Shown here: one piece after another, positions 1 through 12,900 of the stretch | How positions within the stretch are numbered: position 1 is the first letter of the stretch | Layout of the letters: each line of letters opens with the position of its first letter | Assembly (NCBI RefSeq): GCF_030144855.1 | Contig: NC_082726.1 | Coordinates: forward strand, 57,598,001 to 57,662,000 | DNA from: Hypanus sabinus | Lineage: Eukaryota | Length of the DNA stretch: 64,000 nucleotides | Direction of reading: 5' to 3' | Made by a program: the position numbers and the translations under genes | Notes under the pieces: generated by a model | The model's database searches: none | Told to the model about the DNA's origin: nothing | The model's input: only the letters and a program-made list of their open reading frames with translations

Positions 1-516
1 ATGAAATATCTCTGTATCTAAGAATTTCCCTTGTTGGAAGCCATTAAGATTTAAAGGCAAAGGCTAGAGATGGAGACAACAAGAGAGAGCAGAAGGAGAG
101 TGAGAGAGAGGGAGAATTAGAGAGAAAATGGGGAAGAAACAGATTATGGAAGTAGGGGGTGAGAGGTGGGAGCAGTCGGAAAGGTAGCGACACCGAGAGG
201 GGGTGAGAGAAGAAGGCAGTGGAGGGTGAGAGGGAGGGTGCAGGGGGTGGGAGAGAGATGGGGTTGGGGGTTGGAAAGAGGAGATGAGAGAAGCAGAGAA
301 GGTGGGGGGAGGGCCAAAGGAGAGGGAATCGTTAGTACCAGATCAGGTGGTTTGAGTATCTCAGCATTTTGTGTGTGTTGCTTGGAGTTCCAGCACCTGC
401 AGATTTTCTCTTATCTGTAGAATCCCTTGTGTTTACAGCCACTGGGTGCACATGTGATAAATAAATCTGAATCTGAACTAATCAAATTATTTGCCTCTAG
501 AAGTAAAGATCCTCAC

Positions 517-720
517 TGATAATTGTTTTTCAGTTTTACTCTTCTTCATCTTGATGCTCGACAGGGATTTCTTGAGTAGGAAGCCAACCATTACAGCCTT
601 AGCAGCGTGCACCAAGGTGCCCCTGATATCCTGCACGACAACCACAGAAAGGACTGGATTCGAGACATGATACTGGATTTCTGCACCAGCGATAATCTGA
701 GCGCCATCTTTACAAGTTGC
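517..720 (-). CDS. STOML1: STOML1 exon 4 (204 nt; ATCKDGAQIIAGAEIQYHVSNPVLSVVVVQD...KQLS); the gene continues beyond the left edge
   Basis: KDG...PVLSV SPFH motif as in STOML1. Acceptor acag|GCA and donor TCA|GTGAGG, phase 0/0. Confidence 0.92.
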
Positions 721-1647
721 CTGTGTAAAAGATTCTAGATTGTTTAATGTAATTTCCAGTACGAGTATAAAAGATAACAAAATAATTGTTATTCCCAGTC
801 CCATGCAGCACAAAAAACACAGTATGTATAAATAAGATAGCTTATATGCATAAATTGTACATAAAGTGTCTCTAGGCACAGGAGAGTCTGTATATAAGGT
901 GACTCTGATAGGAGGAGTGGGTTAGTAAGTGGAGATGTTCATCTGCCTTACTGCTTGGGGAAAGTAAATGTTTTTGAGTCTGGTCGTTCTGGTGTAGATG
1001 GCTTCCATTCTGATGGGGGTAGGGGACACAGTCCCTGAAGAAGAGTGGGTGGGATCCTTCGTGATGTTGCTGACCTTTCTCCAGCCACCTTTCTGTAGAT
1101 GAGATGAGAGTTTAATCTTTCTCCTGTGGGACAATGACTTTATTTTGATTTTGCAGAAATAACAAGAAAAATCAAAATAAAGCAATATGATGCCATGTTT
1201 AAAATTAGCTTATCTTATTCTAAGAAGACATGGTAGTGTGTAGTTTTGCGTGCAGCTTCTCATTGATTCTACTGTGTCTTTGTATTTACTGTGAATGCCC
1301 GCAGGAAAATGAATCTCAGGGCTCTATATGGTGACATATATGTTCTTTGATAATAAATTTACTTTGAACTTTTGTGTGTCTGAAAAGCAGAGGCAGAATG
1401 ATCAAATTATTGGATTAATGACCCAGAGAAAATGTTTCAAATTCTACCCTGCTTGTTAATGAAGTTCTTTTTGGTAAATTGAGTTTATAAGTTGATTTTA
1501 GTGTCTTGACTTCACAATTTTGATTGTTCTCTCTTTGCACCTTTTTGTCTGTGCTTCCTGTGTAGCTGTAACACTTGTATTGCATTCTGTTATTCCTTTG
1601 TACAACCTCGATGTACTGATCTGGTGAAATTATCTGTATGGATGGCA

Positions 1648-1950
1648 GGTCAAGGCCTTGCCTTGCTACTGGTACCATATAGCCCAGTAGTACCTGTCTC
1701 GGGTCGGGTTGTCAGCGACTCAGCCAGCACACTCCCCCCCGGTGCACTTCGGTTAACCAGGGAGGAGGCTGTGTAGGCACCCAGCAGGACTGAAAACAAA
1801 ACCTGTCAAAGGGCGGATGAACTCCTTGTGAGTCAACGGCCTCCTACTGTCTGTGTGAGGAGTGGCACGCCACACAGTCTTTCGTTTTGCACCTTGTAAG
1901 GCATTTGCCCGACGCCGGCCCCTAGGCCTGAGTCGACGTAGTAGTAGTAG
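1648..1950 (+). mobile_element. Young CpG-rich ~300-bp retroposon with (TAG)n tail inserted into an older repeat
   Basis: Interrupts the common repeat tail ...atggatggca|tgcaaaacaaag..., flanked by gatggca/gattgca and ending cgtagtagtagtag. Confidence 0.6.
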
Positions 1951-3615
1951 ATTGCATGCAAAACAAAGTTTTCACTGTACTTCAGTACATATGACAATAA
2001 ATCAATTTCCCTTTTGTCCTTACCCCAGATAAAACATATAGACCACAGAACAGCAGAGTACAGGAATAGATTCTTCAATCTGTGACGCTGTGTCAAACTA
2101 ATTAAGCTAATGATGCCTGATTAAATTAATCTCTTCTGCCCACGCAATATTGATATCCTTCCACTCTCTGCGCATTCATACAACAATCTCTGAAACATCT
2201 CGATCATATCTGCCTCTGCCATCACTCCTGGCAGAGCATTTCATACTTCCACCACTCTGTGTAAAAAAAAAATGTTGGTACACATTATCATCTTTAACCC
2301 TTCCCCTCTCACCTTAAGTGCATGCTCTTTAGAAATAGACATTTTGACCCTGGGATAAAGCTTCCAGCTACCTACTCTATCGGTGCCACTCATAACTTAA
2401 TGAACCTTTATCAGATCTCTCTACAACTTCTGCCACTCCAGAGCAAATAACCCTAATTTGCCCAAGCTCTCCTAATCCAGAGCATATTCTGGTAAACCAA
2501 CCAACTTGGTGGCTACTCGCCAATCCTCCAGGACCTCGCCTGTGGTTAGGTCTAATCTATATGGAACCTGTGACCTGAAAATATATGGTAAGATCATAAC
2601 TCTCTCTGGCCCTTAAAGACAGAAGACAGTTATGACCCAACCTCATATTTTTTTTAAGACATGGCTATTAAATGATGGCTTTGCGGCCAACATCCACATT
2701 CTGAAAGTGGTTCTTCCTCTCAGTTTTGCTTTAAAGAGATCATTTAAAAATTCAAAATACCAGCCTTGGAGTATCAACTGTTTTTCTTTTGAACTGGTGA
2801 CTTAGATAGTTCTTTTTTCACTGAACAGAAACTAGACTGTGGAAGCTCTAGTAGCTCCTACATATTGGCAGAAAAAAAACACTGCATTTTAATGTTATAA
2901 TGTTTTTGTTATATAACATATACCAAAATATAATCCAAAGTTCTGAGACCACATGTCAAGGGTTTGATTAACATCATGAACCATGATGTTATATTTTGTG
3001 ATTAAGGTCCTAGGTATTGGCAATTTTATTGTCAAACCTGAAGTAACTATCAGAAATGCTGAAAGTTATACTGGTACTTCTGGATTGTTTGCAGGGCATC
3101 TAATCTTTTTCGGTTGATAGTGACCAGCAGCTCTTTTGTTTGCAATTGTAGACAGTTCCAACATGAGAATGGTTTGTCATGTCTTATATTTGTGTTGAAT
3201 TCAATACAAGGTACACAGTACCCAATGTATTCCCAAAGGCTATAAAACCATAAGACATACAGAACTGTGCAAAAGTCTTAGGTATATAAATAGCTAAGGC
3301 ACCTAAGACTTTTGCAAAGTTCTGTGGTAATTTTATGCATTGCACTATACTGCTGCCACAATAAAACAAATTTCATGACATATGTGAATGATGATAAACC
3401 TGATATAGGTTTATATATTGGTATAGGTATCTAGTGTGGACTGCGAGTGGAAAGGAGCAGGGAGAGGAGGAATCATGGTTGGAAAAAGGAAAGGGAGATA
3501 GGAGGGCAAGGGAAGCACCAGAGACCCACACTGCAATTAATCCTTAGATGTCCTCATGTTATTTATTTTGTAAAAAAAAATGCACTAACAGCAAATCTTG
3601 GAGAAGGAAACGTAC

Positions 3616-3765
3616 CTCAAACAGTGCAACATTGAAAGACTTGGTCTGGAGGTCAACCACCTGCCAGTGGTCAATGAAAGGCAGCAAGAGGACAATTCCA
3701 GGACCTTTGCTGCCTATAACTCTTCCCAAACGAAAGACAACAAAACGCTCATGGCTCCGCACAAT
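3616..3765 (-). CDS. STOML1: STOML1 exon 3 (150 nt; IVRSHERFVVFRLGRVIGSKGPGIVLLLPFIDHWQVVDLQTKSFNVALFE)
   Basis: SPFH/band-7 signature ERxVVFRLGR...GPG..LLPFID. Acceptor cag|ATT and donor GAG|GTACG. Confidence 0.95.
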
Positions 3766-5942
3766 CTGCAGTTGTAAACAGAAGCAGCATTAGTAAAGCG
3801 AATCTCTATTTCAGACAAACAGCAAAGGATCTGAATTCCAGCAAGCAATATAATTGTGGCAGCATAAATCCATGGATCATAAATAGTCAAAGCTGGTTTC
3901 AAAGTTCAAGATAAATTTATCAAAGTACATATACATTATGTCATCACATTCTTCACAGATTCATTTTCTTGCAGATATTCACAGCAGAACAAAGGAATAT
4001 AATAGAGTCGATGAAAATCTACAAAGACCGACAAGCAACCAGTGTGCACAAGATGACAAACTGGACTAATACAATATATAAATAATATTAAGAACATAAA
4101 ATGGAAAGCACTGTTTTTAATAATACTTTTATAAGATTTATACTTTTTAAACTAACTCATGTATTTTCCACACTGACTGGCAGAAAGCAGTATAGCGGCT
4201 AAACTAATAGTTTACCACCTTTCCGATTTTTCATTGGCTAAAGTATTTGCACATTACCCACATGCTGTAATTGTTTTAATTATGTAGTCTATTAGCTAGT
4301 TTATTCCTTTCTAAGGAATTTCTTCTCTATAAAAGTGATGGATTTTTCCAGAGGTGCCATCTTTCCTTTGCTTCTTCTTTTCATTGGTCTTTGCATTCTT
4401 GGCCCTTCATTCACCTTTTAATATCATTTCTCAGCTCTTTATTTAGTTTTCTTAGTATTTGTATGTTTGTATTCTAAAATAAACAACTATTAGAATTAAG
4501 ACTGCTCAACATATTTTGACTCTCAGAAGAACTTCAAAGATCAGAAAGTTGACAGACATCCAGCAAGTCCTTGAAAGTGAGTCTACAGGTTGTGGAATCA
4601 GTTCATTGCTGAGGTGAAGTTATCTACACTGGTTCTGGAATAGATCTGGTCATGTGGGACCTAAGGCTCCTGTACTTCCCTCTTGATGGCAGCAGCGAGA
4701 AGAGGTCATGGCCTGGATGGAGAGGGTCTTTGACGATAGATGCTTCCTTGTGGCAGCGCACCTTGTAGGTGTGCAAAAATGGTGAGGAGGAGTTTTCCTT
4801 TGATGGACTGAGCTGCACCCATGACTTTGGGTAGGCTTTTCTGAAACTCCAGGCCTCGACACCAAGATCACCAGAAACTAGTGGTCTTGGTCAGTAACCT
4901 GGTAACCACCTTGGTTTCTAGTGAAGTGTGGTTGATGCTTATCCAGAACATTAATGATCCAGCTCACATTGTGGTACAATATGGAGAGTGTTGCATTGTC
5001 ATACAGTAAAGAATAACTCATCTTCTTGCTCCAGTGGTTTGGATAGAAGTTAAAAAGTCCATGGACTGTTTAGAGCAGGGATCTGACCAGAGAATTTTCT
5101 TTCCTCTGGTAATACAATCAGAGTTTAATTTATCTCGATGTTTTCTGAGAGCTTTATGCAACCTCCATAATGCTTATAGATCCTCTGTAACACTGACTCT
5201 GCACAAGTTTATCAGTAATGCAACAAGGCATCATAACACACCACAGCATAACATAAAATATAGAACACTACTGCAAAGTACAGGAACTTTGGCCCACATG
5301 TTATGCTGACCTTTCAACCTACTCTAAGATCAGACTAACCCTTCCTGCCTACATAACCTTCCATTTTACTGTCATCTATCCAAAAGTCTGTTAAATCTCC
5401 ATAATATATCTGCCTCTACCACCACCCCGGCAGGGTGATCCACACACCCACCAGTCTCTGTGATTTTAAAAAATCGTTGACATCCCCCCTATATCTTCCT
5501 GCAATCACCTTAAAATTATGCCCCCTCATATCAACCATTGTCGTCCTGGAAAAAGTTTTATATCCACTCAAACTCTGCCTCTTATCATCTTGGACGCCTC
5601 TATCAAGTCACTTCTCATCTTCCTTCACCTCAGAGAGAAAACCCCTAGCTCACTCAACCTATCCTTGTAAGATATGATCTCTAATCCAGGCAGCATTCTG
5701 AAAAATCTCTCCTGCACCTTCTCTGAAGCTTCCATATTCATCCTATAATGAGGCAACCAGAACTAAACACAATATTCCATGTGGACTTTCCAGGGAATTG
5801 TAGAATAGCCATCAAAAGTAGGAAATTCTGATTGACGTTTTCCAAACCCTGGCCCAGAGTTATGCTCCCCACTTTCTGTTCTCCGTAACACATCAATGCC
5901 ATTGCACAAACGAGAAAATGCATGAAGTTCTATGCATCATAC

Positions 5943-6049
5943 CTTCAGGAAAAACCATCCTGAGATTGGAAAAGTGATTATCACTAGGAAGAAAACAAGG
6001 ATGGTCAGAATCCAGAAGCAAATAACTGATGAACAGCCAAGGTCTTTGT
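5943..6049 (-). CDS. STOML1: STOML1 exon 2 (107 nt; DKDLGCSSVICFWILTILVFFLVIITFPISGWFFLK, hydrophobic hairpin)
   Basis: ttttcag-type acceptor (ctctttcag|AC) and AAG|GTAT donor. TFPISGWF matches the STOML1 membrane segment. Not shown in the ORF track in this frame. Confidence 0.93.
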
Positions 6050-6406
6050 CTGAAAGAGGAGAAAAATTCTGTTTTTAGAAACACAAACATATTTGGTTTC
6101 AAGAACCATGGCAGAAGACCACAAGACATTAGAGCAGAACTAGGCCATCATGATGTATTTATTTTCTCTCTCAACCCCATTCTCCAGCCTTCTCCCCATA
6201 ACCTTTGATACCCTTACTACTCAAGAACCTACCAACTTCTGTTTTAAATATACCCAATGACATGGCCTCACTGTGGCAATCAGTTCTACAGATTCACCAC
6301 ACTCTGACTACAGAAATTCCTCCATCTCTGTTCTAATTCTAAGACAGTGCTCTGTATTCCTAGACTCTTTCACTATTGGAAATTTCATCTCCATATCCAT
6401 ACACCT

Positions 6407-6807
6407 CATCATCATGTGCCATGTCGTATGACATCATCATTATGTGCCATGTTGTATGACATATGTGATCATGGTCTCATGACCATGATTATTCTTGGCA
6501 AAGTTTTCTACAGAAGTGGTTTACCATTGCCTTCTTCTGGGCAGTGACTTTACAAGATGGGTGACCCCAGCCATTATCAATACTCTTCAATGATTGTCCG
6601 CCCGGTGTCGGTGATAGCAAAACCACGACTTGTGAAATGCACCAGCTGCTCATACAAGCACCCAGAACCTGCCCCCATGGGGTCACGTGACCCTGATTGA
6701 GGGGTCTAAGCAGGTGCTACACCTTGCCCAAGGGTGGCCTGCAAGCTAGTGCAGGGAAAGAGCACCTTACACCTCCTTTGTAGAGAAGCATCTCCACCTC
6801 ACCACCC
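6407..6807 (-). mobile_element. RTE/BovB-derived non-autonomous element (SINE-like); second copy at about 58795-59165
   Basis: BovB-like core GAAGGCAATGGTAAACCACTTCTGTAGAAAACTTTGCCAAGAA and (GAT)n tail. Two recognisably homologous copies in the window. Confidence 0.65.
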
Positions 6808-9326
6808 AATGTCCACACTAGTCCTTTCAATATTCATTAGGTTTCGGTGAGATCCCACCTCATTCTCCTAACATCCGTGAGTACAGGGCCAGAGCCATGA
6901 AACATTCCTCATGCCATAATCCTTTCATTCCTGGGATCATTGTCGCAAACCTCCTTTGGAATACCAACACATCCTTTCTTCAATATGGGAGCCAAAATGA
7001 AGAGTAACAAGTACTTGTCATTGCAACATTACCTCAAGCAGGTAAGAAACATAGTAAGGTGCTCTTAAAAATTAGGAGAATTATTTTCAGAACAATATAA
7101 TAACAGGAGCAAGCAATTAAGCCCATAAGACTGCATCACCTTCACCATGATCATGGTTTGCCTTTTGCTTATATTATTGAGATTTATATAAAAATTGTTG
7201 GAGTTGTAATGGTGAAAATTTAGAACTGATTAGGGTATGAACTGGGGTTTTAGCCAGGCAGGATTAGACCAAAAGAAATAGGGGCAGAATTAGGCCATTT
7301 GGTCCAACCAGTCTGCTCCATAATTCCATTATGGCTGATTTATTTTCCCCCTCAACACTATTCTCTTGCCTTCACCCCATAACGTTTGACACCCTTACTA
7401 ATTAAGAATCTGTCAACCTCTGCTTCAAGTATACCCTCCACAGCTATATGTGACAATGAATTCCACAAATTCACCACCCTTTGGCTAAAGACATTCCTCT
7501 TTATCCTTCTATTCTAAAGCTGTGCCCTCTGGTCTGAACTCTCCCACTATAGGAAACAACCTCTCCTGTCCACTTTACTTAGCTCTGTGAGTATTTGATG
7601 CGTTTCAATGAGATCCCCGTCAAAGAGCTGATGAGTACTCTGTACACTGATAATGGTTGGTGCACGGACACTCCTGCAGTGGCAACCGGACATCATACAG
7701 TTGACTGCCAGCCACATTGCCTGCTCATGTTAAGTTCATTATCGCTGTCTACAGCACTACCCAGAATGCACCACCAAGGAGTATCGCCAGCTCTCTACAA
7801 AACAACGGTCTATTCATGATTGCAGGAGACTTCAATCACGTTACTTATTGTGTTTTTTGAATTGTGTTCTTTGTGCTAATTGTGTTTTTTTTATGCTGCA
7901 TTGGATCTGGAGTAACAACCAGTTTTCCTTTGCATTCGTGTACTGAAGAATGACAATAAATAATCTTGTATCTTGAAAACACTGTACAGGCCATTCCCAG
8001 TTTATGTATAGCCTGCACGTAATCAAACGTTTGGAACTGGCTGAATGAGTTTCCTGGCTGTAAGCTTCGTAAGATGCCTGGGAAGGCAGTTCGTGGCTGC
8101 ATTTCTGACTTGCAAGCTGTACAGATTATGAGCAGTTCACAAGAACAAAACCCAGCCTTATCCTGGAGGCAATGTGTAATCAGATCGCTTTAAAACATCT
8201 TTACCGGAGCTGCACAGGGTGGAAACAAGATGCTTAAAGAGACAGCAATATTACCTCTGGGAACTATCTCAGCAGTAGAGGAGTGCATTGTCTTTTGACA
8301 ATGCTAGACTAGATCTTTCATGCATTAGCCTAGTTTTTCACATTTGGGGCAAGGATTTATCCATTGAAACTTAATTCTGCATTGAACTGATTAAAAAAAA
8401 ATTCTACGTGCAGTTACTCCTGAGTCAATCTTCAGGGTTGAAGCTGCTGTCAAGAATATAATGTCACAACATGCAGTCACCTTTCTGCTGGAAGAATTTC
8501 TGGCACAGAGCAGCTCCAGTTTCACTTTGAGGAAGTAACTATGAAAGATGACGAAAGCACAGAAGTTGACATAGTTTTTACATTGATGTCAGTAAGACTT
8601 CTGGCAAGGACTTCACAGTAGGTTGGTCCAGAAAGTTATGGCAGTTAATCTGGACCACAATAGAAAACTGAATGCAAAACTGGCTTGGTGGTAAGAGACA
8701 GAGTCTAGTGGCGGGCAGGTGATTTTCTGGCTGAAAGTCTGCAACAAGTAGTGTACCACAGGGTTCAGTGCTGCGACTTTCGTTGTTTGTAAATACATAT
8801 AAATTACTTGGATGAGAACGTAGGTGAATTTGCAGGCAACGAGAAAAGTTCTGACACTGTAAATAGCAAAGAGGGATGTTTAAGGGTACAGAGGCATATA
8901 CCATGTAGATCAGTTGGAAAGGTGGTCAGACAGGGGTAGATGGAATTTAATTTGGACAAGTATAACACTTTTGGGAGTCAGATTCTATTAAGTTATAGAG
9001 TAAGTGGCAGGGAGCTTAGGAATGTTGATGTACAAAGAGACCTTGGGGTAGTGGAGAGAGCATTCCGTACGCCTGACTTCATTACCCAAGGCACTGAGTA
9101 TACGAGTCAGGATGTCATGTTGCAGCTGTACAAAACTGTGTACAGCTCTGGTTGTCACATTACAGGAAGGATTGACAACAACAGAATCCAGAAGACATTT
9201 ACCAGGACATTACCTGGAATGGAGGGCTGTAGATAAAAGTAGAGATTGGAGAGGCTTCATGCACAAAATGCTGGAGGAACTCAGCAGGCCAAGTATGATC
9301 TATTGTAAAGAGTAAGCAGTTGATGT

Positions 9327-9441
9327 TTCGGGTTCGGGTTAGGGTTAAGGTTAGGGTGCGAGTATGGGGCCAGTGGGCAAAATAACCCTCTAGTGTTTTT
9401 GGATCTCATACTGGAGATGCATTAGGGTTAGGGTTAGGGTT
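9327..9441 (+). repeat. Short interstitial telomeric repeats flanking a 65-bp unique insert
   Basis: TTCGGG TTCGGG TTAGGG TTAAGG TTAGGG (9327-9356) and (TTAGGG)3 (9422-9439). Confidence 0.85.
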
Positions 9442-11829
9442 CAACAAGACTGGAAAATAAAGATGAGAAGTCAGAGTAATAAGGTTGGGGGGTAGGGGAG
9501 AAAGAAGTACAAGGTGGTAGGTAATAGGTGAAACTAAAGAGAGGGAGAAGGTGAAATAAAGAGCTGGAAGTTGATTGGTGAAAGAGACAAAGAGCTGGAG
9601 AAAGGGGAATCTGGTAGGAAATCACAGAAGACCATGGAAAGGAAAGGGGGAGGAACACCAGAGGGAGGTAAAGAGATAAGGAGAAAGAGGTAAACAGGAA
9701 TGGTGAATTTTTTCAACCTCATTTTCATTCCTTCTCCATGTGGCTCTTAAACCCTCACCAATGAAGAACCTGTCAATTTCTTGATTCTAATATACTCATG
9801 ATTTCAGCCTTAGAGGTGGAGGAATATCCTTATTGCACCAGGAAGTGATTCACTTGCAACAGAGACCCAAGCTCTGACCTGCCCTTGAAGCATTTTGTTT
9901 ATATGACTGGTCCACTTCAGTTTCTTCTCAATGGTAATCCCTCGGTTATTGACAGTTCGAGTTCAGATTCATTTATTTATCATACATACATGGAAACATA
10001 CAGTCAAATGTGTTGTTTGTGTTAACGGCCAGTACAACATAAGGACATGCTGGAGGCAACCCGCAAATGTCGCCATACATTCCGGCTCCAATGTAGCATG
10101 CCCACAATGCTTGGCAGAACAACACAGAACACAAGGAACTAAACAACAAAACAAGCCCCTTTACTCCCTCTCACACAAACACACAGTCCTCCAACTCCAG
10201 GTCGAGCCGCCAGGCCTCAGAGGATCACATACCTACTAGCAACTTCCCGAGTGGACTTCAGACTCATAGACCAAGGGCATTGGTCTTTGACTTTCAGAGA
10301 TCTGATCAACTTTCGGGCTTTGATCTACATTATCATGCCCAATGATGAAATCCTGAACTCCAGATGGGAAACTTCATGGCAAGAATGCGCATTGAATGCC
10401 CTGTGATCATTGCAGGTGATCACATTCCGTAGTTGGAGGTAGCCTAAATGTTATTAGCCTAAATCGCGTCCAGCTCTTGCTGTGTGCACGCTTGGGCTGC
10501 TTCATTTGCTGAGGAGCGGCGAACTCTCAACATTCTGAAATTATCTGCAGGCATCCCCACCCCTGACCTTATAATAGAAGGAAAGTCATTGATGAAGCAG
10601 CTGATGATAGTCAAGTTCTATGGATCTCCTGCAGTGATGTCTTGGAACTCAAATTAATGATGTCCAAAAAAACGCAAAACACAATAAACTTCCTGTCTCT
10701 TAAGTGCTTTCCCATTTAACTATGAATAAATGGACACATAATTTGAAGGGATTTTGTTTTGAGAGGAACTCAGCTGTGGTTGACAACAAAATAACATCAT
10801 GTGCCGAGGCACAAGAGGACCTCAGGTGCACAAAGTAAATTTACCATATACAACCCCGAGATTCATTTTCTTCTGGCAATACTCAATAAATCCATAATAG
10901 AATCAATGAAAGGCAGATTGCACAAACTCCAGATAAATCCCTAGGGAATTAACATGTTTTTCTCAAAAAATATTTATGTCCAATTTTAATCCCTGCTTGA
11001 AAGCACCAGCTCTTGCTGGGCTGGAGAATATTTTCCCAACTTAAACTGAGTTAGACAATACTTAAATGTTAGAAAACAAGGAAAGTTTTTAATCTCATAA
11101 CAAAATCAACAATGACAAATGCTGTATTGCTAAACAAAGATTTTTAGAAGGTGGTCCTAGTATAGTCGGAGTCTGAGTTACATAAGGGTTCTCATTGTCC
11201 CACAAATTGACTTCTCCTTAGCTCAGAAAAGCCCATTTTCTATAGCTTCCCATTTCACATCTCTCTACATACACTTGCTATAATCGTTTTATTTTACTGA
11301 ATAATTACCTACAATTAAACTAATGACATACTGTATCCCATCATTAATGAATACTGTGAAACAATATTATTACTAGATTGAACAATACAATAAAATGGTT
11401 AGGGAGAATACAGGTCATTTATAACCTAGAGATCCCCAGTACTGGTCAAATTGTTTCACACCAGGTAGCCTGATGCTTACTTCCCTATCTTAATCCCTGA
11501 CCTTCCCAATACACTCACAGAGAAATGAACTCCATGGAAGTGAATTCCATAAACTGGGCCAGCACAACACATCTAGGCACCCAGGAATACCTGGTGAGTC
11601 AGACTCAAATACATCTGGGATTATCCAGATTCCCTTCTTAAACTCACCAATGTATGTATACGATTCCACACCCAGACTGGACATAACTGGGTATAAGTCA
11701 TGGCCAGACGACCCAATCACAGTGGTGCACCTGAGTCAGTCCTCCAACACATACTGATGCCCCTCACTGATACAGTACACCTACAGTAGGTACATAGACC
11801 ACCCCTTCCTGAATTTACCTGAATACATG

Positions 11830-12600
11830 GGTCACACCTTCCTGGACACAGCTAGGTAGGCAGAAAACATGTTCCCATGCACACCTGGGTACACAGGTTT
11901 CCCCTTACCCCAGACACACCTGGTTATGTGGGTCACCCTTCCCTGAACACACCCAGGCTCATGGGTCACCCCCTTCCCTGGACACACCTGAGTACGTGGT
12001 CTCTTCCTTCCTTGAACATATTTGGGTATGCAAGACACCCCTTTCCCCAGACACACCCGGGCACGTGGGACACTCCTTCCCCGGACACACCTGCGTACGA
12101 GGTTCGCCCCCTTCCCCGGACATACTATCATATGAAGATCACTTCCTTCTCCCTTCCCCAGAATCATCTCAGCACATTGGTCACCCCTTCCCAGGACAAA
12201 TCTGGTATGCAAGTCATACCTTCCCCAGCCACAACTGCAAAGATGGTATACCTCTACAGCTGTATATGTGATTCCCCCTTCCTCTGGACCCATCTGGGGT
12301 ACACAGGTCATCCCTTTTCAGACACACCCAGCTACATAACATCTTCTCCAGGCTCACCTGGTACATGGGTTACGCCTTTCACAGACACACCTGGTATATA
12401 GGTCATCCTTTCCTCGGACTCACCTAGGTACATAGAGTAGCCCTTTCCTGACACACCTGATAAGGGGGTCGCACCTGGCCGTGTACACAAATAACACTTA
12501 CCCCGGACACACGAGTACACGGGTCTTCCTTCCCCAGACACACCCAGTACACAAATAACACTCCCCAATGACACACGTGGGTTCGGGGACACCCCCTCCC
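11830..12600. repeat. Degenerate ~33-35-bp minisatellite in STOML1 intron 1
   Basis: About 20 or more units resembling ggtacacgggtcaccccttccccggacacacct. Confidence 0.85.
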
Positions 12601-12623
12601 CGGTCACCTTCGCCCACCGTTAC

Positions 12624-12702
12624 CGATATGGTCATCTTTCGGCTCCTGAAACAATGCCTCTTCGGCTCCGTCTTCCGCAGTGGCCACCGCCTTGTACCTC
12701 AT
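12624..12702 (-). CDS. STOML1: Stomatin-like protein 1, coding exon 1 (MRYKAVATAEDGAEEALFQEPKDDHI-G)
   Basis: ATG at 12702 inside a CpG-rich island. The phase-1 donor G|GTAACG joins in frame to exon 2 (G+AC=Asp). The N-terminal YKAV resembles the GYRAL motif of human STOML1. An alternative donor at 12608 would be out of frame. Confidence 0.75.
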
Positions 12703-12900
12703 GCCGCTAAGCGCCCGCCCCCAACTGGGGCTGCAGGCGGCGTTCACTCGCTGGGACCGACCCGCCCATGCAGGTGCTCAGCGTTCGGCGTCGGCACCGC
12801 CGCCCGTCCGCCCGCCCGGCGTTACCATAGCACTGGCGACAAAGGCCACCGCACGTCACCACACCGCCTAGCGATTCCCACCATTCGGCTCATTGTACCG
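12700..12900 (-). promoter_or_regulatory. STOML1 CpG-island promoter/5'UTR
   Basis: Local CpG enrichment, multiple GC boxes (CCGCCC), a CRE-like TGACGT near 12853-12858 and an RFX X-box-like GTTACCATAGCAC at 12821-12833. Confidence 0.65.

Noticed and set aside
60-325. Purine-rich tract and 84-aa ORF
   Set aside because: Low-complexity GA-rich intronic sequence.
11832-12607. Repetitive 90-174 aa ORFs on both strands
   Set aside because: Translation of the intronic minisatellite, with no splice or homology support.
12608-12623. Alternative STOML1 exon 1 donor AG|GTGACC
   Set aside because: It gives phase 2, incompatible with the exon 2 reading frame.
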